Source of the DNA: Clostridia bacterium
GTDB taxonomy: Bacteria; Bacillota; Clostridia; CAKSNL01; HGM11501
DNA: 64,000 bases
Assembly (NCBI GenBank): GCA_045545475.1
Contig: JAZQAZ010000029.1
Location: 29,644-93,643 of the forward strand
Direction of reading: 5' to 3'
Both the position numbers and the translations under genes were made by a program. Below are positions 1 through 9,115 of the stretch, piece by piece. How positions within the stretch are numbered: the first letter of the stretch is position 1; the number at the start of each line of letters is the position of its first letter. The notes beneath the pieces are model-generated. The model was not told the DNA's origin. It saw only the letters and a program-made list of their open reading frames with translations, and made no database searches.

Positions 1-1481
1 GTGGATTCGTGCCAGTTATATTTGATGAATTTGGAATTTATCTCTTCTTTTAATGCAACCTGCTTTTCACGAAGCTCCTCCATTTCATTCTGTCTTGCCC
101 ACTGGAAAGGAGTAAAGGGCTTGGGGACAAACGAAGACACGCTTATGGTAACAGAAGGACGCTTGCCCTTTTCGGGAGATGTTTTGAAAAATTCGCTTAC
201 TACTTTTTTGGAAAGGTCGGCAATTCCGAGACAATCTTCTATTTCCTCAAAGGGAAGACCTATCATAAAGTAAAGCTTTATGCTTGTCCATCCTCCGGAA
301 AAAGCAAGATTTGCACTCTTTAATAAATCTTCTTCCGTAACTCCCTTGTTTATCACATCACGCATTCTCTGAGTTCCTGCTTCGGGAGCAAAGGTAAGAC
401 CTGTTCTTCTTACCTTCTGCACCTTGTTCATAAGGTCAAGGGAAAAGTTATCCACACGAAGGGAAGGAAGGGACAAGCTCACCTTTTCCTTTTCAGTCAT
501 TTTAAGAAGCTCCTCCGTAAAGCAGCCAAGGGAACGGTAATCGCTGGTAGAAAGTGACATCAAGGACATTTCCTCATATCCCGTTGATTTCATCAAAGCT
601 TCTGCCTGACGAAGAAGTGTCTCGGGGCTTTTCTCCCTTACGGGACGGTAAATCATACCTGCCTGACAGAAACGGCAACCACGGATACATCCTCGGAACA
701 TTTCCAGCATGATTCTGTCGTGCACAACGTCAATATACGGAACGATTATTTTATCGGGATAATATGCTTCATCCAGATTTTCCATAACGCACTTTCTCAC
801 CTTGTCAGGGGCATCGGGTGTGTTTTTTTCAAAGGACTTTATGGTACCGTCGTCGTTATATTCCACGTCATAGAAAGAAGGCACATAAAATCCGGGAAGA
901 CGGGAAACTCTTCTTAAAAATCCCTTCCTATCCTCACCCGATTCCTTCCATGCGAGATATTCATCCATAAGTGCCATTGTTGACTCTTCTCCTTCTCCAA
1001 TTGAGAAAAAGTCAAAAAAGTCTGCCACAGGCTCACCGTTATAGGTACAGGAGCCACCGGCATAGATAAAGGGGCAATCCTCTCCTCTGTCCTTTGAATA
1101 AAGGGGAATATCGGAAAGGAGAAGCATGTTTACCACATTTGAATAGCACATTTCGTACTGAAGAGTAAATCCCACAAAGTCAAAATCCTTTACGGGACTT
1201 TTGGTTTCCAATGAGAAAAGAGGTATACCTTCCTTTTTCATTTCATCTTCCATATCCGGCCATGGAGCAAACACTCTTTCGCAGAAGGTATCTTCTCTTT
1301 CATTCAACAAATGATACAAAATCTTCATACCAAGATGGCTCATTCCTATTTCATAGGAATCCGGAAAGCAGAAGGCGTAGCGGATTTTAACGTCTTCAAC
1401 ATTTTTCTTAACGCTGTTGTATTCGCCGCCTGTATAGCGACCGGGCTTTTGCACCCTTTTTAATATTTTATCGAGATTCAT
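1..1481 (-). CDS. TIGR03960-family B12-binding radical SAM protein (3' end runs off the window)
   Basis: Manual translation from ATG at 1481: MNLDKILKRVQKPGRYTGGEYNSV...FPDSYEIGMSHLG...; CxxxCxxC motif (RGCIRGCRFCQAG) at about 660-695. Absent from the ORF track because it is open at the window edge. Confidence 0.9.
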   Translation of the reverse strand, partial: MNLDKILKRVQKPGRYTGGEYNSVKKNVEDVKIRYAFCFPDSYEIGMSHLGMKILYHLLNEREDTFCERVFAPWPDMEDEMKKEGIPLFSLETKSPVKDFDFVGFTLQYEMCYSNVVNMLLLSDIPLYSKDRGEDCPFIYAGGSCTYNGEPVADFFDFFSIGEGEESTMALMDEYLAWKESGEDRKGFLRRVSRLPGFYVPSFYDVEYNDDGTIKSFEKNTPDAPDKVRKCVMENLDEAYYPDKIIVPYIDVVHDRIMLEMFRGCIRGCRFCQAGMIYRPVREKSPETLLRQAEALMKSTGYEEMSLMSLSTSDYRSLGCFTEELLKMTEKEKVSLSLPSLRVDNFSLDLMNKVQKVRRTGLTFAPEAGTQRMRDVINKGVTEEDLLKSANLAFSGGWTSIKLYFMIGLPFEEIEDCLGIADLSKKVVSEFFKTSPEKGKRPSVTISVSSFVPKPFTPFQWARQNEMEELREKQVALKEEINSKFIKYNWHES

Positions 1482-1553
1482 GAGCAATGCCTCATTTCTT
1501 ACTTTTGTATATCTCACATTGTACCATATTTTCCCCGCTCTTTCAAGTACCTT

Positions 1554-2363
1554 TTAAGTTATTTCCCGAAGATGAACCCCTGCTCCTTTTTCTATAATTT
1601 TCTCCTTTAACATATCTTCCGTTATTTCAGACTTTATGTTGCCGTTGCAGTCTATAACCTTTATCAAAGCATATTTTCCCGGAGGAATGAGCGGTAAAAT
1701 TCTCCGTGCAGAAAGACTTTCTTTTGCCGCAAGCATAAATACTTTGGCATATCCATCTTTAAGCTTATCATCGGATATAAGAACATCTGCAAAAAATGCT
1801 GTTTTGCCGTTATCCGCAATTGCCGCAAAAAGCAAAAACGCCCCTGAAGTAAATACCGATAAATTAAATCCGGCCGTAAATGCCTGAAAAACACCCAGAA
1901 TTGAGAGGATTACTCCACCCGAAACCGAAATTATTTTCATCAGCGAAAGTGCCTTAAAACTGCCCGCAAAAAAAGAAACAAGAATGAAAACAATTCTTCC
2001 CCCGTCCAGTGGCATAACCGGAAAAAAATTTATTATACTCATGGCAAGATTTATTTCAAAAAGCGGCCCTTCTCTAAAGAAAAGAAGCATGAGTAAATTG
2101 AAAGCCGGACCGGCCACTGCAACCAGACACTCCTTCAAGGGATCTTTTCCCGTATTTATGAAAAGCTTGCACCCATACGGCATAATTGCAATACCGTGGC
2201 ATTTTTCTTTAAGCAAAAGTGCCGCTGTAAGATGACACAATTCGTGACACATAGCTGTCAAAAAAGCCATTGCCGTAATAAAAAATGTTCCTGCAAAAAA
2301 AGACGCCGCAAAAATAATGAAAAAGGTAAAATGGATATATAACCCCTTTGTTATCTTGATCAC
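1554..2363 (-). CDS. spoIVFB: SpoIVFB-like M50 intramembrane metalloprotease
   Basis: HELCH (HExxH), AGPAFN and NFFPVMPLDGGRI motifs; lies upstream of the TIGR03960 gene, as is usual in Clostridia. Confidence 0.8.
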   Translation of the reverse strand: MIKITKGLYIHFTFFIIFAASFFAGTFFITAMAFLTAMCHELCHLTAALLLKEKCHGIAIMPYGCKLFINTGKDPLKECLVAVAGPAFNLLMLLFFREGPLFEINLAMSIINFFPVMPLDGGRIVFILVSFFAGSFKALSLMKIISVSGGVILSILGVFQAFTAGFNLSVFTSGAFLLFAAIADNGKTAFFADVLISDDKLKDGYAKVFMLAAKESLSARRILPLIPPGKYALIKVIDCNGNIKSEITEDMLKEKIIEKGAGVHLREIT

Positions 2364-2554
2364 TTGATGCCTGCCTCCGAAAATGCGTTTATTTCTGCTT
2401 TTTCAGAAAACTCATGAATTGCCGAAAGTGCATCCTCTCCCGCTTCGATGAGCACTTTTGCAAGTTCGTCATTAAATACCGATGCCGCAAGAAGGCACAT
2501 CATAGCAATTAAAACAATACAAAAGCCCATCCCCATTGCTTTTAAAAACCTCAC
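2360..2554 (-). CDS. small membrane protein
   Basis: GGAGG RBS with GTG start, hydrophobic N-terminus, 4-bp overlap with the spoIVFB start. Confidence 0.6.
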   Translation of the reverse strand: MRFLKAMGMGFCIVLIAMMCLLAASVFNDELAKVLIEAGEDALSAIHEFSEKAEINAFSEAGIK

Positions 2555-2602
2555 AAAAACAACCTCCTTTTTTTGTCTAAAATTCCCAAACTTTTTTAGC
2601 TT

Positions 2603-2630
2603 TGCAACCTTGCAAAGACAAAATTTGTAT
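2603..2630 (+). promoter_or_regulatory. possible ECF-sigma promoter inside a TTTGCAA-CC-TTGCAAA palindrome
   Basis: TGCAAC-N17-TGTA upstream of the VWA lipoprotein gene; resembles SigV/SigW-type promoters. Confidence 0.3.
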
Positions 2631-2662
2631 TATTTATGAAACCCGATGAAAGGAATGATTTT

Positions 2663-4291
2663 ATGAAAAAGAAATTATCGGCACTCCTATTAACCACCTT
2701 AGCTTTTCTTTCTCTTGCAGGATGCAAAGCTCCCGAAGTTATCGGCATCCACGAAACAGAGGATGACGGAGAATACTTTATCACCGCAGATTATGCTGAA
2801 GGCGAAGCCAGGGAAAAAGCCTCAGCAACAGAAAATTCCAGCGTGTATATGAATGGCTTTGACTATAACTCTCTTTCAGAAGAAGAGTATGAAAACGTCG
2901 ATGAATCCGGATTCAAAAATCCCGTTACAAGTCCGCTTTCCACCTTTTCGGCAGATGTTGACACTGCATCTTACTCCAATATCAGAAGGTATATTCTTAG
3001 AGGAGAGCTTCCTCCCCCGGATGCAGTTCGCACCGAGGAAATTATAAACTATTTCGATTACGACCTGCCATCTCCGACGGGCGAAACTCCGTTTTCGGTT
3101 ACTACAGAGCTTCATAGCTGTCCATGGAACAAGGACAATCTTCTTTTGATGCTTGCCGTGAAAGGCGAAGAAATTACTAAAAAAGTTCCACAAAATCTGG
3201 TATTTTTAATTGACACCTCAGGCTCCATGCATCAGGATAACCGCCTTCCTTTAATACAGAAATCCATAAACCTTTTACTGGATAAGCTTGACGATGACGA
3301 TAAAATAACCATAGTTACCTATGCCGGAAGCTCGGGAATTCTTCTTTCTCCCACCAAGGCAAAGGAAAAAGGAAAAATAATGGATGCGGTAAATTCATTG
3401 GAGGCTATAGGTTCCACCAACGGAGAAGCGGGAATCCGCCTTGCGTATGATGCCGCCCTCGATAACAAAGTAAACGGCAATAATCGCATAATTCTTTGCA
3501 CCGACGGGGATTTCAATTTAGGAATAACCGACAATGTAAGACTCGAAGGTTTAATTGAAGAAAAAAGAGAGCTTGGCATTTATCTTACCGTTCTGGGCTT
3601 TGGTATGGGAAATTACAAGGATTCCAAAATGGAGACCTTAGCCGACAAGGGCAACGGCAATTATTATTACATAGATTCTTTGATGGAGGCAAAAAGAGTG
3701 CTTTCAGATAAGCTGACAGGCACTTTATACACCATTGCCGACGATGTTAAATTCCAGGCAGAGTTCAACCCCAAAAAGGTAAAATCCTACCGTCTTATAG
3801 GCTATGACAACCGACTTCTCGAAACGGAAGATTTCGACGATGATAAAAAGGATGCAGGGGAAGTCGGCTCCGGCCACACCTTGGTTGTTCTTTACGAAAT
3901 CGAGCCTGGAGATGCCACGGAAAACGCAAACCTTAAATATCAGAGTGTAATTGACAAGGGCGATTTATTAACCTTCCGCATACGTTGGAAAAATCCCGGA
4001 GAGGATGAAAGCAAGCTTTCCGAATATATAATAAATAAGAAACTCTCCTTAAAGCCGAGCAAAAACTTTGCCTTAGCTTCTTCCGGTGCTGAGCTTTCAC
4101 TCCTCCTCAAAAACTCCGAATACAAAGAAAATGCAAGCTTTGAGTCGGTAATAGAAAATGCAAAGCTTGCAGCAAAAGCAGACGATCCCTTCGGTATAAG
4201 GGCAGAATTTCTGCAGATAGCAGAGCTTGCCGCAATCCTTTACGAAAGCAATGATGAGTACATTTGCGGATACCCTAAATACGAAGACTGA
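2663..4291 (+). CDS. YfbK-like VWA-domain lipoprotein
   Basis: Lipobox LAGC; PLSTFSADVDTASY; MIDAS motif DTSGS; TDGDFNLG; YRLIGYDNR...DAGEVGSGH. RBS supports the start at 2663. Confidence 0.9.
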   Translation: MKKKLSALLLTTLAFLSLAGCKAPEVIGIHETEDDGEYFITADYAEGEAREKASATENSSVYMNGFDYNSLSEEEYENVDESGFKNPVTSPLSTFSADVDTASYSNIRRYILRGELPPPDAVRTEEIINYFDYDLPSPTGETPFSVTTELHSCPWNKDNLLLMLAVKGEEITKKVPQNLVFLIDTSGSMHQDNRLPLIQKSINLLLDKLDDDDKITIVTYAGSSGILLSPTKAKEKGKIMDAVNSLEAIGSTNGEAGIRLAYDAALDNKVNGNNRIILCTDGDFNLGITDNVRLEGLIEEKRELGIYLTVLGFGMGNYKDSKMETLADKGNGNYYYIDSLMEAKRVLSDKLTGTLYTIADDVKFQAEFNPKKVKSYRLIGYDNRLLETEDFDDDKKDAGEVGSGHTLVVLYEIEPGDATENANLKYQSVIDKGDLLTFRIRWKNPGEDESKLSEYIINKKLSLKPSKNFALASSGAELSLLLKNSEYKENASFESVIENAKLAAKADDPFGIRAEFLQIAELAAILYESNDEYICGYPKYED

Positions 4292-4353
4292 GCCGCATTT
4301 TAGGCTATACCACAAGTATATTTTTAAAAGATACCAAAAATGACGGGAAAATG

Positions 4354-4382
4354 TTGACTGTAAAAAGATTTTGTGGTATTAT
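4354..4382 (+). promoter_or_regulatory. SigA promoter
   Basis: TTGACT-N17-TATTAT with extended -10 TG. Confidence 0.6.
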
Positions 4383-4405
4383 ATTAAAGAAAGGAGATGT
4401 TTTAC

Positions 4406-4636
4406 ATGAAATCTTTTAACATCGCACTTAATTCTATTTTAGACGTAAAGGAGTTCGTTAACATCGTTAACAAGTGCCCTTACGACATCGACCTTGCATC
4501 CTCCAGATATGTGGTTGACGCAAAATCAATCATGGGCATCTTCAGCCTTGACTTAAGCAAGCCCATTAAAGTTACCGTTCACTCCGAGGACTGTGACGAT
4601 CTGGTTGCCGAGCTTAAGAAATATACTATAGATTAA
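4406..4636 (+). CDS. HPr-family phosphocarrier-like protein
   Basis: VDAKSIMG (Ser46) motif; AAGGAG RBS; no His15 motif. Confidence 0.85.
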   Translation: MKSFNIALNSILDVKEFVNIVNKCPYDIDLASSRYVVDAKSIMGIFSLDLSKPIKVTVHSEDCDDLVAELKKYTID

Positions 4637-4642
4637 GTAAAT

Positions 4643-4677
4643 AAAAAAATACCGTGGCTACGCCACGGTATTTTTTT
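4643..4677. terminator. bidirectional intrinsic terminator
   Basis: AAAAAAATACCGTGG-CTACG-CCACGGTATTTTTTT between convergent genes. Confidence 0.8.
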
Positions 4678-5596
4678 ATTCCTCCAGATGCTTTTTTTCG
4701 TCGAAGTTTCTTATTCTTTCAATAAATTGTGTCGGGGTTTCCCCTGTGGTTTTTTTAAATACTCTTGAAAAATAGTGAACGTCGGAAAATCCCACTTCAT
4801 TTGCCACCTCGCTGACTGTCTGATAAGACTTGTTTAAGAAAAGCTCCTTTGCACGGTTTAAGCGGCAATAAGTCACATAACTCATGGGGGTGGTTTTCAT
4901 TTCAGAGCGGAAATATCTTATAATCTGCTGTTTTGTGACATTTGAGTGCTTTGCAATGTCTGATAACGTAATTTCTTCGGTATAGTTCTGCTTTATAAAG
5001 GAAAGGGCACGGCGTAAATTGGGAGGCACAACTTTTTCTATTCTTGTCTCATCCTTTATTCTTTCCCTCGTCTCCTCTGTCATAAGAGCCAGAATTTCGC
5101 AAAGAGCCAAAGATGTTGCAAAGCCGCTCTCTATATGGTGGCGGGAAAAGTTTCTACGGAGGCGAGCGAAAGCCCCTGAAAACTCACTCTCCTTCCCATT
5201 AAAGTCACAGCATTCCGAAAGATATGCCGTATAAGGGTTTTCGTCAATTCCGTTTTCAAGGATATTTTTATTAATGCTGTCACGCCTTTTTATGATTTCT
5301 CCCTTAAGCTCATCTACTGAAAGAGGCGTTACCTCTCCTGACTTAAAGTGTATATATGTCATTGTGCAAAAAGAATCGCCCACAGGACTTCTTTTATAGC
5401 TTTGACTCTCCGGGATGAAAAAGAGACTTCCTTCTCCTACAATATGCTCCTCTCCATTTATCTCAATCAAGCAATTTCCTTTTTCAACATAGATAAAAAT
5501 ATTGTAAGGATCTGCCACCTGCCACACGGTTTTTCTGGTAACAGAATACACCCTTGTAACCTTCGGAAAGTGCGATAAATCCAAACCATAAAACAC
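4676..5596 (-). CDS. AraC-family transcriptional regulator
   Basis: N-terminal cupin; C-terminal VANEVGFSDVHYFSRVFKKTTGETP HTH signature. Confidence 0.92.
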   Translation of the reverse strand: MFYGLDLSHFPKVTRVYSVTRKTVWQVADPYNIFIYVEKGNCLIEINGEEHIVGEGSLFFIPESQSYKRSPVGDSFCTMTYIHFKSGEVTPLSVDELKGEIIKRRDSINKNILENGIDENPYTAYLSECCDFNGKESEFSGAFARLRRNFSRHHIESGFATSLALCEILALMTEETRERIKDETRIEKVVPPNLRRALSFIKQNYTEEITLSDIAKHSNVTKQQIIRYFRSEMKTTPMSYVTYCRLNRAKELFLNKSYQTVSEVANEVGFSDVHYFSRVFKKTTGETPTQFIERIRNFDEKKHLEE

Positions 5597-5718
5597 AAAA
5601 CCGCCCCATTTATGTTAATTTTGTCCACTATTTTAATAATAAAATCTATTTACAATTATAGCATCTCTTTTTATAATTGTAAATAGATAATTAAGCAAAT
5701 GCTTAAGGAGGTATTTTT

Positions 5719-6810
5719 ATGACAAAGCAGTATAAAGTTGCCGTAATAGGTTGCGGTATGTTTGCAAATGCCCAGTATCTTCCAAATATTACTAAGGAAG
5801 CAAACGCAGTTTGCGTTGCGGTAGTTGATATAGTAAAGGAAAGAGCTCAGGCTGCCGCCGCAAAATACGGTGTTCCCGAAGTTTATGAAAATGTTTATGA
5901 ATTAATCGAAAAGTGCGACTTTGATATTGCCATCGATGCAGCATCAATTCAGGCACATCACGAAATAAATATGGCCATCCTTGCTTCCGGAAAGCACTTA
6001 ATTTCCCAGAAGCCTGCCGCTCCAACGGTTGAATTATTAACTGAGCAGATTGAGCTTGCAAAGAAAATGGGCGTTAAATTTGCCTGTGTGCCTGTGCATC
6101 CCATGAGATATGACCTTGCCATCGCCAAGGATTTAATCTCCCGTGACACCATAGGCTCTCCCTATTATGCAAAGTGCAATATGTCCCACGGAGGTCCTGA
6201 ATATTTCCAGTACCGTGAGGCAGATCCTTCCTGGTTTTTCGAGCCGGGTGCAGGTGCTCTTGTAGATATGGGTGTTCACGGTCTTCAGATAGTTACAAGC
6301 CTTTTCGGTCCTGCGAAGGCATTTTCCTGTATGGCTAAAATCACCACTCCCGAAAGAATGGTACGTTCCGGTGCCTTTGACGGAAAAGTGATTAAAACGG
6401 ATATGCTCCCCGACCAGTATGTTATCTGCCTTGACTACGGCGACGGAAAAATGGCAATGGTTGACACGGGCTTTTCGCAGAAGGCAAGCCGTGCTCCACA
6501 GCTTGAAATTTTCGGCGAGAGAGGCACTCTTTCCTTCACTCGTCCCTATATGTCAAACCCAGCACCCGATCTTTACATAGACAGTATTGATATGGGATTC
6601 AAGGGTTGGATTGTTCCCGAAATGCCTGCAAAGCCACCCAAAAAGATGATAAGCCAGTGCTGCTGTCTTTTCGACATCATTGATGCCATCGAAAACGACA
6701 AATCCCCCGTATTATCACCCGAGCACGCAAGGCACGTTCTTGAAATTATGTGCAAAATTCCCGAGGCAATCGAAAAGGGCGTAACAATTAAACTTGAAAC
6801 AACATTTTAA
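5719..6810 (+). CDS. Gfo/Idh/MocA oxidoreductase
   Basis: VAVIGCG Rossmann motif, QKP (EKP variant), GALVDMGVH. Confidence 0.9.
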   Translation: MTKQYKVAVIGCGMFANAQYLPNITKEANAVCVAVVDIVKERAQAAAAKYGVPEVYENVYELIEKCDFDIAIDAASIQAHHEINMAILASGKHLISQKPAAPTVELLTEQIELAKKMGVKFACVPVHPMRYDLAIAKDLISRDTIGSPYYAKCNMSHGGPEYFQYREADPSWFFEPGAGALVDMGVHGLQIVTSLFGPAKAFSCMAKITTPERMVRSGAFDGKVIKTDMLPDQYVICLDYGDGKMAMVDTGFSQKASRAPQLEIFGERGTLSFTRPYMSNPAPDLYIDSIDMGFKGWIVPEMPAKPPKKMISQCCCLFDIIDAIENDKSPVLSPEHARHVLEIMCKIPEAIEKGVTIKLETTF

Positions 6811-6821
6811 GGAGGCACACT

Positions 6822-7910
6822 ATGGAAAAGCTTAAAATTGCCTTTTTAGGCCTTGACCATGTTCACGCAAGTCAGATGTTTTTCTGTATGAATACAGCCT
6901 CAGACAAGGTTGAATTTATCGGTATGGCAGACTTTTTATCGAAGGATAAGGAAATTGTGGACGAAAAAGTTTCCCGAAACTGTGCAAAACAAATGCAGGA
7001 TGCTGTAAAGCTTTATTATGACTATGATGAGCTTTTAAGTAAAAAGCCAGACTTGGTAATGATAAATTCCGATGTTAAAAGCCATGCTGATTGTGCCATC
7101 GAAGTACTTAAGCGTGACCTTAACGCCGTCTGCGAAAAGCCCATGGCTTTCGATATGGCTGATGCCAAAAGAATGTATAAAGCCGCAAAAGAAAGTAAGG
7201 GCGAGCTTGTCATAAACTGGCCAATCGCCTGGTTTCCCGCTTTTAATAAGGCAAAGGAGCTTGCCGATTCCGGCATAATCGGAGAGATTTTGCGTGTTCA
7301 GTACAGAAGTCCCTCAACAAGAGGCCCTTACAGACTTGACCAGTTTACTCCGGAGGAGCTTTCCAAAATGTGGTGGTATCAACAGAATCGTGGCGGAGGC
7401 TCTATATTTGACTATGCAGGCTACGGATGTGTTCTTGCCACATGGATAACCAATATGACAGCGAAGAGCGTTTACGGCCTTAAGAAAAACTTTTTCCTGC
7501 CTTTTTCCGACGTTGAGGACTACTCTGTATTTACCATAGATTTCGGCGATAAGGTAGGCTTAATTGAAGGCTCCTGGTCAACAATGAATAACGGTGAAAT
7601 CGCAACAGGCCCCGTTGTTTACGGCACCGAAGGCGTAATTGTTGCAGACCGCTTTGACCCTGTGGTAAAGATTTATAAGGACTTAAAGCCATATCAGCCT
7701 TCTCCCGCCCCTACTGAGGTTTTTGAGTGTCCGCCCCAGACAAATGCAGATATGGCGAAAAACTTAATTGAGCATTTCACCCTTGGTGCTCCTCTGCACG
7801 AGCTTTTGACCCTGGATTTTAATATGAGAGCCGCATCTGCACTTGATGCAGGATGCCGTTCCTGCGTATCCGGCGTAAGCGAAAAGGCAGAAGATCCCTT
7901 TATAATATGA
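6822..7910 (+). CDS. Gfo/Idh/MocA oxidoreductase
   Basis: IAFLGLDHVH, CEKPMA, GGGSIFDYAGY. Confidence 0.9.
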   Translation: MEKLKIAFLGLDHVHASQMFFCMNTASDKVEFIGMADFLSKDKEIVDEKVSRNCAKQMQDAVKLYYDYDELLSKKPDLVMINSDVKSHADCAIEVLKRDLNAVCEKPMAFDMADAKRMYKAAKESKGELVINWPIAWFPAFNKAKELADSGIIGEILRVQYRSPSTRGPYRLDQFTPEELSKMWWYQQNRGGGSIFDYAGYGCVLATWITNMTAKSVYGLKKNFFLPFSDVEDYSVFTIDFGDKVGLIEGSWSTMNNGEIATGPVVYGTEGVIVADRFDPVVKIYKDLKPYQPSPAPTEVFECPPQTNADMAKNLIEHFTLGAPLHELLTLDFNMRAASALDAGCRSCVSGVSEKAEDPFII

Positions 7911-7925
7911 GAAAGGAAGATAAAT

Positions 7926-9041
7926 ATGAGTAAATTACGTGTTGCTTTAATTGGCTGCGGAATGATTGCAAACTCCGCACATTTCCCCGCCCTTAACATT
8001 TTAAGAGAAGAGGGCCTTATTGAAGTCATCGGCGTTGCCGACATAAGAGAAGAGGTTGCAGCAGAAACTGCGAAGAGACATAACGTTCCTTCCTACTATG
8101 CCGACCCCCAGAAAATGCTGGATGAGCTTCATCCCGACTTTGTTGCGGTTTGTACCCCCAACGCATACCACAAAAAGTGGACTATTGCCGCACTTAAGGC
8201 AGGTGCTCACGTTGCATGTGAAAAGCCCATTGCAGTAACATTTCGCGATGCCGAGGAAATGTGGAAAACCGCAGAAGAATGTGGCAAAAAACTTTTCCCC
8301 TGTCAGTGCATGAGATGGCGTAACTATATGATGCAGTCAAAACAGCTGGTGGATTCAGGCGAGCTTGGTGCTCCCTATTTTTCCGACATCGAATTTATCC
8401 GCCGAATAGGCGTTCCCACCTGGGGTTATTTCCATATGAAGGAGCATAACTGCGGTGGCCCCTTCTGCGATCTTGGCGTTCATTTAATTGACTCCCTTTT
8501 ATGGATTGTGGGAAGCCCCAAGGTTGTTTCCGTTTCAGGTTCCGCCTTTACAAAAATTGCAAACCAGGGCGAGGACATACTTTTATCCATTGCAGAAAGC
8601 GGTGCCTATTCCGGGGCCTTCACTCCAAGAAAATATGACTATAAGGAATTTGATGTTGAAGATTTTTCAACCGGCTTTATGAGACTTTCAAACGGCATGA
8701 GCGTAAACTTCAAGTTTTCCTGGGCCTTAAATCTTCCCACCACAAACCTTGATATGGTTATCTGCGGGGACAAGGGCGGTCTTTCAGTAAACAAAGAAAA
8801 GCTTTATAAAAACGTAGGCCGCTATCAGGCCGAAACCGAAATGAAATGGTTTGACAACGGCGAATACAAAGGTGTTCCCTTTGAACAGCACCGCTATATG
8901 TACAGAAACATTATGAATACCTTAGCAGGCAAAGAAGAATACCTAATCACAAAAGAGCAGAACTTGGAGGTTGCAAAAATTATCGAGTGCTTCTACAAAT
9001 CTGCCGAGCTTGGACGAGAAGTAAGGGCCGACGAGCTTTAA
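7926..9041 (+). CDS. Gfo/Idh/MocA oxidoreductase
   Basis: VALIGCG, CEKPIA, GGPFCDLGVH. Confidence 0.9.
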   Translation: MSKLRVALIGCGMIANSAHFPALNILREEGLIEVIGVADIREEVAAETAKRHNVPSYYADPQKMLDELHPDFVAVCTPNAYHKKWTIAALKAGAHVACEKPIAVTFRDAEEMWKTAEECGKKLFPCQCMRWRNYMMQSKQLVDSGELGAPYFSDIEFIRRIGVPTWGYFHMKEHNCGGPFCDLGVHLIDSLLWIVGSPKVVSVSGSAFTKIANQGEDILLSIAESGAYSGAFTPRKYDYKEFDVEDFSTGFMRLSNGMSVNFKFSWALNLPTTNLDMVICGDKGGLSVNKEKLYKNVGRYQAETEMKWFDNGEYKGVPFEQHRYMYRNIMNTLAGKEEYLITKEQNLEVAKIIECFYKSAELGREVRADEL

Positions 9042-9071
9042 TTTCCCCGCTTCACATAAAAATCCGACAAG

Positions 9072-9115
9072 TAAATAAGAAAAGCGACTGCCGCGGCAGT
9101 CGCTTTTCTTATTTA
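9072..9115. terminator. bidirectional intrinsic terminator
   Basis: AAGAAAAGCGACTGCC-GC-GGCAGTCGCTTTTCTT. Confidence 0.8.
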
